From NCBI GenBank assembly GCA_003427395.1, contig BFEA01000015.1:5939027-6003026 (forward strand): a stretch of 64,000 nt of DNA, read 5' to 3'. Every line of letters starts with the position of its first letter. Position 1 is the stretch's first letter. A program made the position numbers and the translations under genes. A model generated the notes under the pieces. That model had not been told where the DNA came from. It saw nothing but the letters and a program-made list of their open reading frames with translations, and did not search any database. This DNA comes from Chara braunii. Taxonomy: Eukaryota; Plantae; Charophyceae. Of this stretch, positions 20,664 to 34,639 are shown one piece after another.

Positions 20664-23600
20664 TTTTCGCAGCGCTCAGGAAGGACGGGCCTGACGATAT
20701 CTGAGGGCGCGCCCCATTTATATTGATTAGAGAGTGTGTGGGCGTGCACTTCGTGGGCACGCGTTAGCCTGACCGAGCCAGGGTCGGGGAAGGCCATGCG
20801 ACGCCGGTAGAACAAGTGTAGAGTTTCTGAGGCGGCCGCAGCCTCGCACATACGAGCGAAGTTACAAGCGGCGTCGCGTTGACCAGGTAGGAGTGTGACT
20901 AAAGAGGAGTGTGGTCCGACTTGCGGGGGACCGACGTATAAAGGCCGTGCCAAGTAAAAGTTACGTGGGCGCTAGGATGCCGCTGCACCAACGATAGTAA
21001 AAGTCGCCACGGGTGCTAAGCAAGGGGGGCACTAAGTAGAGCAACAAGCGGGGTTTCCTCGACCGAGAGGCGGTAGGCAGGCGTCGTGGTAGGCCATGAG
21101 AGGCTCGGCCCGCCGCCCTGCCGTGGTTGAGCCGGCGCGTGTAGTGCGCCGGCGCAGCCGTGCCTTCAAGATTGCCATGTACGGCCTTAGGGAGCCAAGG
21201 ACGCAGGCCGCAGGTGGGAGAAACAACCTGGGGTACTGTTTGCAGGCCCGGGCTGGCTGGCCATACTATCCATATGGAGGATTGCGCCTGCTGCACCCAG
21301 GCTTGGGCTCAGCCCTATTGGTTACGGTGCCAGACTCTCACCAGGCAGATCCCGGGATTGAGGCCAGCAGCAAGCGAGGAGGAGCATTATGGAGTGAACC
21401 GAGGGGTTGAGGGTCCTGCAGGACTATCCCCTTTGGTTTTGCTGAGGGAAGCCAGCCGCGGGCCCGTGAGGGTAGGACCAGGTATAAATGGTCCCCTCCC
21501 TCGTCCCTTTCTTTATGTTTTTTTTTTTTTTTTTTGAGTTGTATTTTTTTTTTTGAGTTGTATTTTTTTTTTTTTCTTCTATTTCTACCTTTTTTTTCTG
21601 GTTTGGGAGGAGGCCCAGTGCCGATGCCGGGACCTGCAGCGAGCCCACCGGCCTAGTTCCGCCACGAACTGCCGGCGGGGGGCTGTTGTCGGAGTATAGT
21701 CCTTCGGGACATCCGTCAAAATTGGAACGGTACCGAGGAGATTAGCATGGCCCCTGCGCAAGGAGGTTATGTATAAAGCCGGGAGCAGCCCGACGTGTTG
21801 ATGTTGCTGTGGCAAGCGGTGGGCTGCCGGCTGCTGTACGGTCCCCCAGCCGAATTGGTCACTGGGCACTGCGCTGTAGAGGCGGGTGGAGCCGAACACG
21901 ACGATAGCTGCGAAGGTGCGAGACAGAGTAAGGTGCTGAAAGGAGAGACTGTACCTGGACACGCAACAGCGTCGGGTGCAGGTGAGGACGGCGACAGTAG
22001 GACAACGGGGAGGACTCGTAAGCGGGCAGGGCTGACTGGGTTGAGCTAGCAGGAAGGGCAGGGTGACACAGCGGGAGTGACCATGCTAGAGCAACAGCAG
22101 AAAAAAAAGAAGCAGGGAACGGGCTGTACCNNNNNNNNNNNNNNNNNNNNNNNNNNNNNNNNNNNNNNNNNNNNNNNNNNNNNNNNNNNNNNNNNNNNNN
22201 NNNNNNNNNNNNNNNNNNNNNNNNNNNNNNNNNNNNNNNNNNNNNNNNNNNNNNNNNNNNNNNNNNNNNNNNNNNNNNNNNNNNNNNNNNNNNNNNNNNN
22301 NNNNNNNNNNNNNNNNNNNNNNNNNNNNNNNNNNNNNNNNNNNNNNNNNNNNNNNNNNNNNNNNNNNNNNNNNNNNNNNNNNNNNNNNNNNNNNNNNNNN
22401 NNNNNNNNNNNNNNNAGGAGTGGAAGAGAGAAAGTTAGCTTAAGAAAGCGCAGCTCCGGGAGGCGGGAAAAAACTGAAATACAAAGACAACAAGAGGTGA
22501 ACCTGGACGCAGTTTCGGGCGAGGTACGTTCAAAAGAGAGAGGGGGAAAGGAGAGTTGGAAGGGATCTAACTTGCTCATTCCTGAACGAAATAGGGTGAG
22601 CCGGACATCGAACCTGGAGGTTCGGGGGCAGGCGACCATGAATCCGAGCTCACAATTGGACGGGAGTTAGGGAATGGTGAGCTAGGTAAGAAATAACGTG
22701 CGCGGAGGAGGCCGGGAGCTATGGGGGAGAAGAGGGTAGTCATCAGATCTCGGCCGTTCCTTGGCCGTTTGTGGCAATCTAAGATGGTAAGTGGGGGTTT
22801 TGAGGCCTTCTGAAGGCATTGGACGAATCAGAATTGTGATCTGAGCAGCGGTTTGGGCGGGTGGAGCGNCAGGGNCTGNGCGACTGTGTGAANCAGCTGA
22901 AGATGGTGAATGCATCCTCCCATGTTCAGGCGGGAGATCCATTNTCGTCNTNCGAGCAACGAAGCGGGCNGACCCTTATGCTGTNCGTTCCTACTCNTAG
23001 TTGAGAGCCGTTCTGCTCAGTTTCGCGCCGCCAGCGAGGTCTCCTCTGACGACCTTGTTGCTCGTTGCGCTATCATAACCGCCTCNGCCGAGGAAGGGCA
23101 GTGACTATGTTATAAGCATNGTTACAAACACTGGTCGAAGTAAAAGCNGTTTTCCTCCATNAGAACCTGCCCCCAACACTCNTCGGCATCNCAATNTTCN
23201 TATGGCATANGGAAGAGAGCCTTGAGGGGGACTTGAGGGGGTGAGGGGAACTCGGCNACGAAGGAAGCACCAAGGGAGAGGAAGAAAGGTCGGAAGCACA
23301 TATAAGGAAGGATGGGAGCTGACGGGGGAAAAAGAAGGAGAAGTTGGTGCATCTGTTGTCGTGGGGAGTCTTCGTANAAAGGGCCGGTNCCGATAGCGCC
23401 CGCGGGTGGGGAGCAACTGCCCATCGCCCTGCTGACTTCCGGTGGACCGATGCACCCGNCCACTTTTCTAGCGGATGGTTCACTCCGAATCCGCTCGTCC
23501 AGCAGATGGGAGTGACGCGAGGACCAGTGGAAGGGTTGGAAGCTTACTTGTTGACCTCGGGCAGTCGGATGCCGAGAGGAAGGCAGGGGAATACGTACCT

Positions 23601-26600
23601 GGACCTCTTCTGCAGGAAGGTCCACTCTCGTCCCTGCCGTTAGTAGGTGGCAGTTGCGGCCCAATCCTGATATTCCGGCATCTCGGTTGTCCCGGAATGG
23701 TCGAAGTTTCACCTTCGACAGACCACGCTGGGTCATGTGCACTAGAGAAGGGAGGTTGGGCTTCCCGGTGTTGCAGGGGTGCTTTTGCTAATTCGGTTGT
23801 TGTGCCCTTTGCTGCCGCAGAGACGGCCAAATGGAGGTCTGGTAAGTAGGGTGTTCAGAGAGTGGCTGCGCCTCACGGTACCACAGCTGCGGTTCCAGCT
23901 ACCGCGACCTTCTTGCTTGGCCCCTGCTGTCGGTGCTGATCCACGCTGCAGCAACTATCACCAGACAGAAGAGGAGGAGGGAAGATCTATCTGGTGGGCT
24001 GTGGGGTCATAATTTCTTTGACGTGCTGCTTATAATTGTTGAAGGGGTGGAAGTTATCGGACTATTGCTGCATGTGCGCCAGGGCCCTAGATTTCTCGTC
24101 CAGACACAGAAGCGGGGTGTCTTGGGTGTTGCAGTCCCAAACCCTATAGACTGGCATACCAGCGAAGGCGGCTGCTACGGGCTGCTCCTGACTTGCTGGA
24201 TGGTAGTTGGACCATCTGAGGTAAGCACTGTACACAATGCTGACTGTGTACTGCTGTGCTACTGGGCATCCTGCCTCAAGCGGCATACGGGCTATTCTGG
24301 TGCACAACATTGGAAGGGTTTTGGTGAACTCCTGACTGTCACGATGCCATCGATGTGACTGCTGAAACGTGGGCTACTACACTACATTTCCGTTGTGTAT
24401 TGTTGGGTCTCGAATAGGCTACGAAGCTGTATCAAAATTAAACCCGGACCTGTCTGCCAGTGACTGCCACATTCAACAACGTCACATANTTGGACAAGCT
24501 TGATGAAGAGAGAGAGTGTCTGCGACATGAATGTGGAATGTTTTTCGTCCTTCAAGTCTGATCCGATTAATTGAGTAGTGTGGGCTNGCTTCTGACAGCC
24601 TGTGTGTGTGGACCGTGGTGGGCTGTTTTTCTTTCTCCCCCCTCCCCTCGTGAGTGGAGTGGCGGTANTTACCTNAGGCAGCATGGTCCGTAATCACATC
24701 AGAAATTTNTTTTAATAGGTNTGTTCGCTGCGGTGTATCTGCCTATCTCTTNNTGGAAGATTCCCTCTCATATTGCATAACTGACAGGCCGGATAGACTG
24801 GGCACCTCCAAAAGCTATAACTAGAACTGAAGGAATAGGGGAGAGNGGAGGAGACTCCCAAAAATTTAGGTGGAAGTGTTGACGACGAGGGTGGGACTCT
24901 TGGAAATTCTTGGTGCCAATTGACTTGGGGAGAGACAGTAGTTAGATCTAATTTTTGTTACAGATTGTACTTTCGACGTTAAGTGCACCCGCTGTGTACC
25001 CTCGTCGCCAGGCTCAGGTGGCAGTGCCCCTCATGATTGTTATCTTGAATCCCAACCTTGCCTCATTGGGACTGTCACAAGGAGGATCACTATCTTTGAC
25101 CTGAGCTGGTGGGCCAGCTAAGTGGTGAGTACTAGGTAGCTGGCATGAGTGCTTGGTGTAGTGCTACTGCAGGCCGCGGGGTCTATTCGGTGGCAATACA
25201 TCTGTAATCGGGACTGATCAGTGAGTTGCTGCTGTCTAAGTATTGTAGATAAGTAATATATATATATTTTTTTCTTTCCTTTTTTTTTCTTTTTTTTCCT
25301 GATATCTTGATGTAGGCCGCAGTTCCAGCATTGGCCTGTTACTAAGGACAGTGCGGTGTTAGAGGCCAAGACAGAGGCAGGGGTTTTGAAGGGCACTGCT
25401 TAGACTTGAAGGGGTGTTTGTCTTAGCGGCAGCGACTGCCATCACCAAGGGCCACTGTTTTTTCTAAGAGCGGTACAGCAGGGCAGCGAGCTGTCAGACT
25501 GCTGCTGTAAGGCTACTGTACTACTGAGTTGCTGCTCCAGTACTTCGGTGTGTTCCAACTGTGTACCACTGTGGGTTACCAAGCCCCCGTTGAAGTGCAC
25601 TGTATACTATGGCCAGTTGGGGGAGTCAGGAAGCCGNTGTAGGTCACTGAGGTTCGGACTATTGCAAGTACAGCCCCCTCTCTCAATCTACGGGGGCAGT
25701 AGCGACCCATTTTCGATATCATCAATAGGGTCGTTCACCGTCCGCCTTGTCGCCAGGCCCGACAAGTCGTGGTGCCACCCTAGCGGGCGGTACACTATCA
25801 CGCTGATTATATGNGATCGCTGCGAGGAAACCAGTCTGTTGGAAATCGACGGCGACTATTGCATTGAGTAAAGCCAGGGTGTGCTCTGTTCAAACGTAGC
25901 ATTCTTGTGACTCAGAGCAGCAGTTCGGACGGAGGGGGACCACCGGGAGGTGGCGGTTCCCAGCAGCAGGCTGTGGGGAGTTTTTGGGTAGCTGCTGTAG
26001 CATCTTTGTTGGAAATATTACAGTAGCTACCACTACTGTTGAAAAGAGCTGCGGAGCCACCTTGTGTTAGGCCTGGTATGCTGCTGTAGTTTCGCTGAAG
26101 GGTTTCGCTGTGCGCGTGGTTGTCCACTAGCTCTACACGACTGTGTACTGAGGAACGGGGGCAGCCATAGCACCAGGACTGTGTCCTCCAGAGGCTGGGG
26201 GCTGTATAAGCGTTAAGAGTGCTATAGTGGATTAGTTACCAGCGTTGTTGCAGGTTATAGCTGTGTTGTGCACCATTCTGAACGCTGCCGCAGTGCAGGG
26301 CGTTGTTCGGCACTGCTGTCGTGCAGAGCACTACTCATTGTTGTGCGCCATTCCTGTTCGTTCTTACGGCGGGGTCGTTACGGCGACTAAGGAGGTTGGC
26401 AAGGGACTGTCATTCTACATTTTGGCCGCAAGTTGGACACCTTCACTGNGCTACTGGCCACCATTGCGGGGCCCTCAGGCGTATCGAGATGACGAGGCCC
26501 TCTCACTGTGAGTTGAGTGCACCTCTCTTGGATCTCGAGAGTCTGACTTTTCTTTCGCTATCCTTCTNAGTCTAAGTNTGGTCTTTGGTTACGAGAGGAA

Positions 26601-29600
26601 GGCGGCAGGNGGGATTGCAACCCGTAGGACCGCGCCAAGGCCTCTGTGGGAGGTTGCCCCACCGATTGCGGGAGCTCTGCCGGGACCNAGGCGGGGTTCT
26701 NGAGGCAGAGAACTTCAAGTATAACCTCGTTAACCCGTGTCATCCCTTCCCCTATTTGTTATCCCCTGGGTACCTGAATATGTATATGAAAGGCTATTAC
26801 CTTTTGTTTTGCTATGTATGTCAGGACATGCTTTGCCTAAAGGTGAAATGAACATGTACATATGAGAGATCAGATAACTCTTGAGCGAATTCAGACAGAA
26901 TGAACAGGGGGAAGGTGGGAGAAAGATGGTTGCATGTGTTTGACCGGGTCAACCCAAGGTTGAGCTCCTCTTAGCTGATGTGGGCTCAGTGCTGTGTTTT
27001 GTTTATGTTTGCTGGGCTGCTTGTATGGTTTTGAGGGCTGGGCCTATCCTAAGTTGGACGGACCAGCCGCTGTTTTTTTCTGGGGTTTCTGAATAGGAGG
27101 ATGGGCACCCTAAGTTGGGATGTCTCAGAATCCTGGTGTTTTTTTTCTATGGGTTGCTGAAAACAGGACTGGGAACACTGTTAAGTTGTGTGGACTCAGT
27201 TCTGCGTGTTTTTTTTTTCTGGGGGGGAGCACCGGCATGAGGCTGAGCGTACCCTTAAGTTAGGGCGGTTCAGTCATAAGCCACGAACATAATGGTCAAT
27301 CTCAAGTATACAATTTTGATATATACCATGCGAACCTATACCATCTGGCAGGCGGGACACCCTAAGTTGGGAAAGCCAGTCAGTAAGTCAGGTAGAACAA
27401 TAAGAGGAGAAAAGCAATGAAGAATATAATGAAGGTAACCTGGGCAGGCTGAGCGTACCCTTAAGTTAGGGCGGCTCGGTCCTATGCTCGTAATAAGACA
27501 AAGGATCAGCGAGTTAGTATGAACTTGTTTTATTTTTCCTTCTAAATACGAGGCAGGGTTGGATGTCTCCCTAAGTTGGGTAGGTCTGATCATCTGTCTA
27601 ATAAGAGAGAAACACAAAGTTTGTGCATGCATCAATGGTGTGGTTTTCATATGATTGTCGTTACGGAGGCTAAGCGTACCCTTAAGTTAGGGCGGCTTAG
27701 TCATATGTCGTTGTGCTTTGTTCACGCAGATTCTGTCTTATGTAACTATATTGTTTAGGCCAGCCAGGCGTACCCTTAAGTTAGGGCGGCCTGGTGATAG
27801 GCTCTTGTCGTTGATGTGATGTTGGTTGGACGTACCCTTAAGTTAGGGCGGTCTGACCATTCGTCGTTCGTGCTTGTTCTAGGCAGGTTAGGCACACCCC
27901 TAAGTTGGGCCGGTCTGACCATTCGTCGTTCGTGCTTGTTCTAGGCAGGTTAGGCACACCCCTAAGTTGGGGCAGTCTAATCCTATGCCCTATGTAACTT
28001 GTGTAAGGCTGGCTAGACATACCCTTTAGTTAGGGCAGTCTAGTCTTATGCTTCATGTCGTCAGTATAAGCTGAAGCCAGGCATACCCTTAAGTTAGGGC
28101 GATCTGGTCATATGCTTTATGACTAAAGTTTATCTGGAGTTGGGCATACCCTTGAGTTAGGGCAGTCCAGTTGTGCGTACCTTGTTTATTTAGGCAGGTT
28201 GGACATACCCTTAAGTTAGGGCCTTGTCTGATCCTATGCCATAAGTGAGGGGGTTATTGAAAGGGAACAACTGAGTGATCTAANGAACTACCTGGGNAAA
28301 TGTATGTGGNATTGTGAGAGATGCATGCTCATGTATGATTGTAGGGTCTCACTTGGGGTGTCTTTTCGATAGGTTAGTTGCTTTAGATGCTCGCCAAGTG
28401 CTGGAGCCATAGGTAGGTTAGATGGATGTCGGGAGGGAAACTTGGGATGAGGATAGGACTGGCCCTGCAAGGGGTTAGGCCCAANNCTAGCCCATGGTCT
28501 CTTCCAGAGGTTGTGTAAGCCGTCATTGATCNTGATTCATCAAGCAGGCGTCAGTAGTTAGTCCCAAGTGTAGTTGCTTTGTCTTTCTGTTTTTTCAGCT
28601 TTGTATAAATCTTGGTAGCCTCCTGTTCCTACTGGAAGCGCTGCCGAAATTTTTANAAATCTGAAAGGGTTAGTCATTTTTGGGTCTTAGAAATTATGAA
28701 AAGGCACTTTTCCTANGGGAAGCGCTGCCTAAATTTCGTGAAATTTAGGGAGTTAGAATATTTTTCAGTTAGAAGTTACTTAGCAGATCCTAACTGATTA
28801 GAGGAGGTGTTCAACTAATTGGTANTAGTAGAGGAGCTAGAGTACGACTAAGGGGAATAATCTCCCCTTGACACAGACGTAAGTACTACTCTTCGTTGGC
28901 CTGTACTATGATGCAGGTTGCTGTGCTATCACTTGAGAGCCTGATTTGATCAGGTCATTCCTTCAGAGAGATTATTTCTCTGTTACCACTGATAACAGGT
29001 CGGTTGCCGAATCGTCGGTCTACGACTCAACCCCAATTCACCCTCAATACTCAGCCTAAAGAGGCTTTAGCCATGGTGATTTTATCTGTTTTGTTAAGGT
29101 TTCACCCAGACTTTTATTGAATGGCCATTTAACAGAAGTACTGAGTACTTACTTATGGTTGGTTGGCTGGAGGTTGGGGCTTGCATGACTAAAGCACAGG
29201 GTATGAGTGGGGAGGTTGGTTGGAGTTGACCCCGTGTTGCGTGGGGATCTTTGCTTGATTCTGTGATGTGATTGCAGGTATGTATGGAAGAGTATCATCT
29301 GAGTTATGTTGAGTGATCGTGTCTTGGATTGAGATGGGCAAACCACATAACTGTCGTGAGAGTGAACTACCCCACAACTTGGTGTTTGAGTAAGAGGGTT
29401 TTATTCCCGTTTTGCTGAAGTGGTAACCTATGTAAGTGTACGTTCGGGTAACCTCTACAGGGCTAGTCCCGACAAGGCCTCGTCTAATGAGATTAGGGGT
29501 ACATATGTTATCCTTGTTTGAATTTATTTTGGTGGGACGATAAAGATCCGGGCGGAAGGGTTAGCGTGTCACTGGTGATGCGCCAAACAACTCACCACCG

Positions 29601-30351
29601 CTCTAAATTCCTTCCTGACCTAGGGGCCGTCTTACCCCGCACCCTTTGGGGCAACCCTCGAAGTTATCAAGGGCCGCAAGGCTACGAGTACACCAGAGTA
29701 CCCCATCAGCGCGAATGCTTGCAAATAACCAAATGGCTGGTTGTCATGAGGAGGCCATGCGCTCGCTCGACTCTTATACGGAAACCCAGCGCGCGACGCC
29801 TATCTGGTTCTGTTGCGTAAAAGTATGGGTTGGATACTGAAGGGACTAGGAGTTGTGGTGTTGTGGCGTTGTTTGTGGCGGCCGTTCTGTGTGTGTTTCT
29901 ATATGTTATGAGTGGGTAAGTATGAGTATCGTGGTGTAGCGCGTGGTGAGAGTAGTGCGTCCTGGTCGACCGGCGTCGAATCGTGTCTTTGATTTCAGGC
30001 CCTCAGTATGACGACTCGCGCACGGGTTCGATTTCGGGCGTTCGACCGCGCGTACCCCCTATGCTACAGCGAGCGAGAAACGCCCTCGGCTGGGCCACCT
30101 CTGCAATTGCATATGAAAAGCTTTCGTATGTGGTTAAGTAGCTCGGCAGGGATACACCCTCCTAAGGGATGGTGACAGCTCCCGCAGGTGGAGGTAGCGG
30201 TGCCTCGCATGACTCTGTCCTGTCGTAGGGGCTCGCGAGAGGTACGGCTGGCGCACTCGGCCTGAGCGGCAAACGCTCTCCGCGACAAGTCCTGCATAAT
30301 CCTGTGTGACGCGGCCGGGAGGGTCCCCGTGCAGGACCGATGCGCTCGACA
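20626..30351 (+). repeat. 3' LTR of element A (contains N gap 22131-22415)
   Basis: Begins TGTCGG, ends GCGCTCGACA; direct repeat of 3275-12803. Confidence 0.9.
27036..28240 (+). repeat. Second copy of the 16-hairpin array (3' LTR)
   Basis: Matches 9488-10692 at offset +17548. Confidence 0.9.
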
Positions 30352-33300
30352 GCGGGATCAGGGAAAGCCAAGTAGTAGGTAGGGGTTCTAATGGTGGGCG
30401 AACCTAGTTATGAAGTCAGTTCTAGAATAAAGTTAGTAAAAAAAGAGGATAGCAAAGAAACGGGCGCGAGGGAACGATGAAGTTGGAAGCACGAGCATGA
30501 ATGAGGGAGTAGAGTATCGGCGGAAGTAGAGAGAGGAGAGTAGGGAGATAACACGTACCTGGTCGACAAGAAGCCATTGCGGGGTGAACCGAAAGCCAAG
30601 CTACGAGGACAAGCTGCGTGGAATACTATTAAAGGCAAGTCGGGGAAAAAACAACATCTGGCTGCATATTTTCTACAATATAGCGGAAGATTCATTCTGA
30701 ATTGTCTCATCCCTTTGAAGCGCAGCAGCAAGGAAAACTGGTCACAGGATTGTAGACTTACCTTTTGGCCGTGCGCTGCTCATTCCGTTGGATCGAGGAG
30801 TGAGCCGTAGGGCCCTGACACTTACTTGCTGACGGATGTGCTGCTCACCCTGTAGAACGGAGGAGCTGCAGGCGAACTGTGAGCTTGAAGACTTACTTGT
30901 TGGTTGGTATACAACTTATTGTACTGATTAGCACAGCTACAGACAAGGTGTGAGATGCGGGCTTGTTTTGCCAGTCGGTACGCTGTTCGCTGCCGGGCGG
31001 AGGAAATGAAAATGGGCAGCGAGACAACAATCCTACCTACGAGGCGTGAGCAACTTGCCTCATTGGAGTGGTGAGGTAAGGAGCGGGCTATAGAGAGAGG
31101 TGGATGAACTTGTGATTCACAACCCATGTCTTAAGCAGGGGTCGAGACATTTCAAACCGTCAGTATTGCAGGGGTTGTTGGGAATTAGAGGTCGTTTGGG
31201 AGTTAACGACAGACAGTTGGACCCCTGTTTGACCAAGTAGTTGTGCATTTTGGTCGCCAATGCGATTTGGAGGACAGTCTGGGTGAGGGTACTCTGCGTT
31301 TTGATTATGGTTCGACCATCCTTGCTGCGTTTTGACCACCATGGTGGGACCCTCATTGCAAGGCCCTCTCCTGCGAGTTGAACTGCCCCTCTCTTATATC
31401 TCGAGTGTCTGAAACCCCTACTTTTGCCCTTCTCACTCTAAGTCGAGTTTGTTGATTCTGAGAGGAAGGCGGCAGGTGGGATTGCAACCCGTAGGACCGC
31501 AGCAAGACTCTGTGGGGAGTCTGCCCACTGATTGCGGGAGCTCTGCCGGAACTCAGGAGGAGTTCTGGAGGCAGGGAACTGAGAGGTAACCTTTCATGTC
31601 CTTCTATAAACCCAGTTATAACCCTTATCTGTATTCCTTGTTATGTTTTGACTGCGTATACTGTGTGCATCCCTACTTTGATGTTTCAGCTCGACTTTCG
31701 GGACACGAACCAGACTAAGTAAAGGAATGTATGTGCAATGTCAGTTCCAGTTTCATTGTTTGACTGAAGCAGATTGTGGGATTGTATCTGGGGGGAAGGA
31801 TGGGAGGAAGGTTGTATTGGATGCGTTTGACTGGGTCAACCCAAGGCTGGGAGATTCTCCATAAGATTGGAGGGCCCAATGCTATGTTTATTTTCGATTA
31901 CCTGAAGCTCCAGACATGTTTCCATAAGTTTGGGTAGTTTGGTTGCTTTGACTTGCAAGGGCTGTTTGTGTTTGACTTTCAGGGACCAAGCATTTTTCCA
32001 TAAGATTGGATGGCTTTGTCGCCTTGTTTCGTTGGGATTTCTGATGTTTATTAGTTTCTCTCTTGATTATTTTGAAGGGAATTCAGGCGAAGGGCTAGAC
32101 ATGTTCTTATAAGATTGGGAGGTCTGATCTGGAGCTGTGCACATGCTTGAACCAAAAGGTTAAATCTGTTTATATTCTATACTACTTACTTATGAACATG
32201 CTAGTCATACATTTTTCTATAAGATTGGATGGTCTGACTATAGCTTATTACCAACTGAAAAGAGTATGAATACAAAATAAAAATGGTGGTAAGAAGGGAC
32301 AGGCTGAACCTTGATCTAAGATGACCGGTTCCGTTATATGTTATCTTAAAAGACAAAGTGCAGATAGTTACATATAACTTGGATACGTAAATGGTTCAGT
32401 GCGACTAGACTGAATGACCTAGTCATGTGCACAAAGAAGAGAAAAGTTGTAGTACCCTGTGTTTGTGTATATTCTATGACTAAGCTAGATAGGTTCCCAT
32501 AAGATTGGGTGGTCTAGCTTTATGCCTTATGTAGGCTAGTATAAAGGGGATAAATCATTGAAAGATCATGAACTACTGTTTGATAAGGTTGACTTTAGGA
32601 TGGTGGGAGTACTTACCTTTGTGGTTTGACCTGCATGTGGCTGAGTGAAATTACTACTTAGTTTGAGTTTCAGTTTGATAGGTAATTGTTTTAGTTGCTC
32701 CCCACGTGCTAGAGCTATAGGAGTTAATTTTAATTCGTACATTTTGTGAGCTAAGTTTTTTTTACTTTAGATCAATTCTCGCATTTTCTGGGATCATTTG
32801 TTATATTTGGCTTTGTATAAATTTTGGTAAGCTACTTTCTCTACGGGAAGCATTGCCGAAATTTCTGCAAATCCAAGAAGTTAGTCGAAATTTGACTTTT
32901 CAAAGTTCAACTTGTCTGATTTTTATTTATGGCTTAATAAAAATATGGGAAGTCTCATTTTCTAAAAGGAGTGCTGCCCAAATTTTTACCAATTCAGGGA
33001 GTTAGATAAAATGACTTCGGAAAGTTGAAGACTATTTCTGTTTTCATATTCAGGCTGATATAAATTCTGAAAAGACACTTTTCTTACGGGAAGCGCTGTC
33101 GAAATTTTTGTAGTGTAAAGGAGATAGATTATATTATATTTCGACAGGTGGCGATTCTGGTAATCCACCCTGCATAGGGGAGATACTGTCAAAGGTCCAC
33201 CTTTCTTTGGACACTGACTTAAAGATAGACCTAGGGTTGGTTATCAGGATAGTCTTGAATGAGAATGTATCATTGACCTGTCTTATGATACAAACCTTCT

Positions 33301-33670
33301 TTGGATATTCGATCCAGGATTTGGACTAGTTTCAGCTTTATCCTACGAGGGTCGTCTTCTGTTATCACTGATAACAAGTCAGTTGGTTGATCGGCGACTC
33401 GTCGGCTCACAATACAACTTTGCTTACACCTGTACCTCAACTCGATTGCCTTAGTCTTGAGATTCGATATGTTTCTTTGAGGGTTTTGACCAGACTTCTT
33501 TTATTGGCCATTATAAAGAACTTCTGAGGTTTAGGGAAAATTGAGTTATAACTGGGGTTTGAGTGTAGTTGACCACATTGGTGTATGGCAATGTAGCTAA
33601 TGTGTGTGGCTGTGTTTTCTGCAGGTTAGTATTTTGGAGTGTACCTTGGAGATAGTGAGAATGACAACCA
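30352..33670 (+). mobile_element. Older related LTR, right part (end not resolved)
   Basis: 31360-33640 is collinear with LTR A 8946-11740: structured block, TTTGACYGGGTCAACCCAAGG, hairpin array, GCGCTGCCGAAATTT motifs, CTGTTAYCACTGATAACA. Confidence 0.75.
31843..32525 (+). repeat. Homologous hairpin array with TAAGAT loops (about 7 units)
   Basis: CCA-TAAGAT-TGG type units with loops near 31862, 31925, 32001, 32110, 32220, 32317, 32500 and pairing lower stems (e.g. AAGCTAGAT/GTCTAGCTT). Confidence 0.8.
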
Positions 33671-33740
33671 TGTGTCGCACGATCTGCATACGTGATGGGT
33701 TTATGTTTCCCCTTCTTTTATTTTATCTCGAGTTCTGATT

Positions 33741-34093
33741 TGATATATAAGTGTTGGGATGTTTATATATTTATTGATTGATTTTTCTTGTTAATTTTTA
33801 TAGTTGGACATTGTCGGGACCGGTGGGTCCCGAGACAAGTCCTGACCCCCGAGAGATAGTATATGGCAGAAGTGTGCGCAACAGAGAAAACCAAAGGCAA
33901 GAGAGATATGAAAAATGATATATAAGTGTTGGGATGTTTATATATATTATTGATTGATATTGCTTGTTAATTTTTATAGTTGGACGTTGTCGGGACCGGT
34001 GGGTCCCGAGACAAGTCCTGACCCCTGAGAGATAGTATATGGCAGAACTGTGCGCAACAGAGAAAACCAAAGGCAAGAGAGATATGAAAGATG
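33741..34093. repeat. ~176-bp tandem duplication, each copy with a GC-rich hairpin
   Basis: Two near-identical copies; TCGGGACC-GGTG-GGTCCCGA within 33806-33842 and 33982-34018. Confidence 0.85.
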
Positions 34094-34639
34094 AAAGGTT
34101 AAGGCATAAGTGCCGGCGTCTAGGGTCCTAAAAAATGCCCTGGGTCGCCGGAACCAGTGAACCAACAAGAAATTAGTAGGATACTAAGTGACAAAGGGCC
34201 GCAAAAGAATAATTAAAGCGACCCTTCTTCCTGAAAGAAGGAGTGCCGGAAAAAATAATGTAAGGAGTCAAGGAGGTCAAGAAAATAGTGTTGGGGCACC
34301 GACACGTGAGAACGGAGCACGGGGCCAAGGGGGCCACCTGAAGTGCGACATAAGAAAGGCCAAAGGGCTATGAGCTAAGTAAAGAGCCGCGGCCGGTTAA
34401 ACCGGCACGCGTGGGATATAGAAAGAGATTAAAAATGAGATAGCCATGGGGAGGAAAGTGCCAAGAGAAACTGGGATACTGCAAGGAAAAGTGTCGAGGA
34501 CCATAGGGGACTAAGTAAAAATAATAATATTTTGGGGCCAAGTACCTGTGGGACCACCAGCGGGACAAGTGCCGGCGGGGCCACGAGTGAGACAAGTGTT
34601 GGGGACTAGCGTGGGACAAGTGGCGGGCAAAACGGGAGG

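Larger units (their letters stand above)
3275..30351 (+). mobile_element. Element A: Ty3/gypsy-type LTR retrotransposon, non-autonomous (pol deletion), ~27 kb
   Basis: Direct repeats 3275-12803 and 20626-30351 with TGTCG...CGACA termini; PBS; gag with CCHC knuckle, protease and integrase GPY/F tail; flanks acgg / gcgg. Confidence 0.92.

Noticed and set aside
3275-30351. Segmental tandem duplication instead of LTRs
   Set aside because: Repeat ends match TG...CA inverted termini, a PBS follows the first copy, and gag/pol lie between the copies.
33806-33842. Helitron 3' terminus
   Set aside because: A hairpin is present but there is no CTRR end at the expected distance on either strand.
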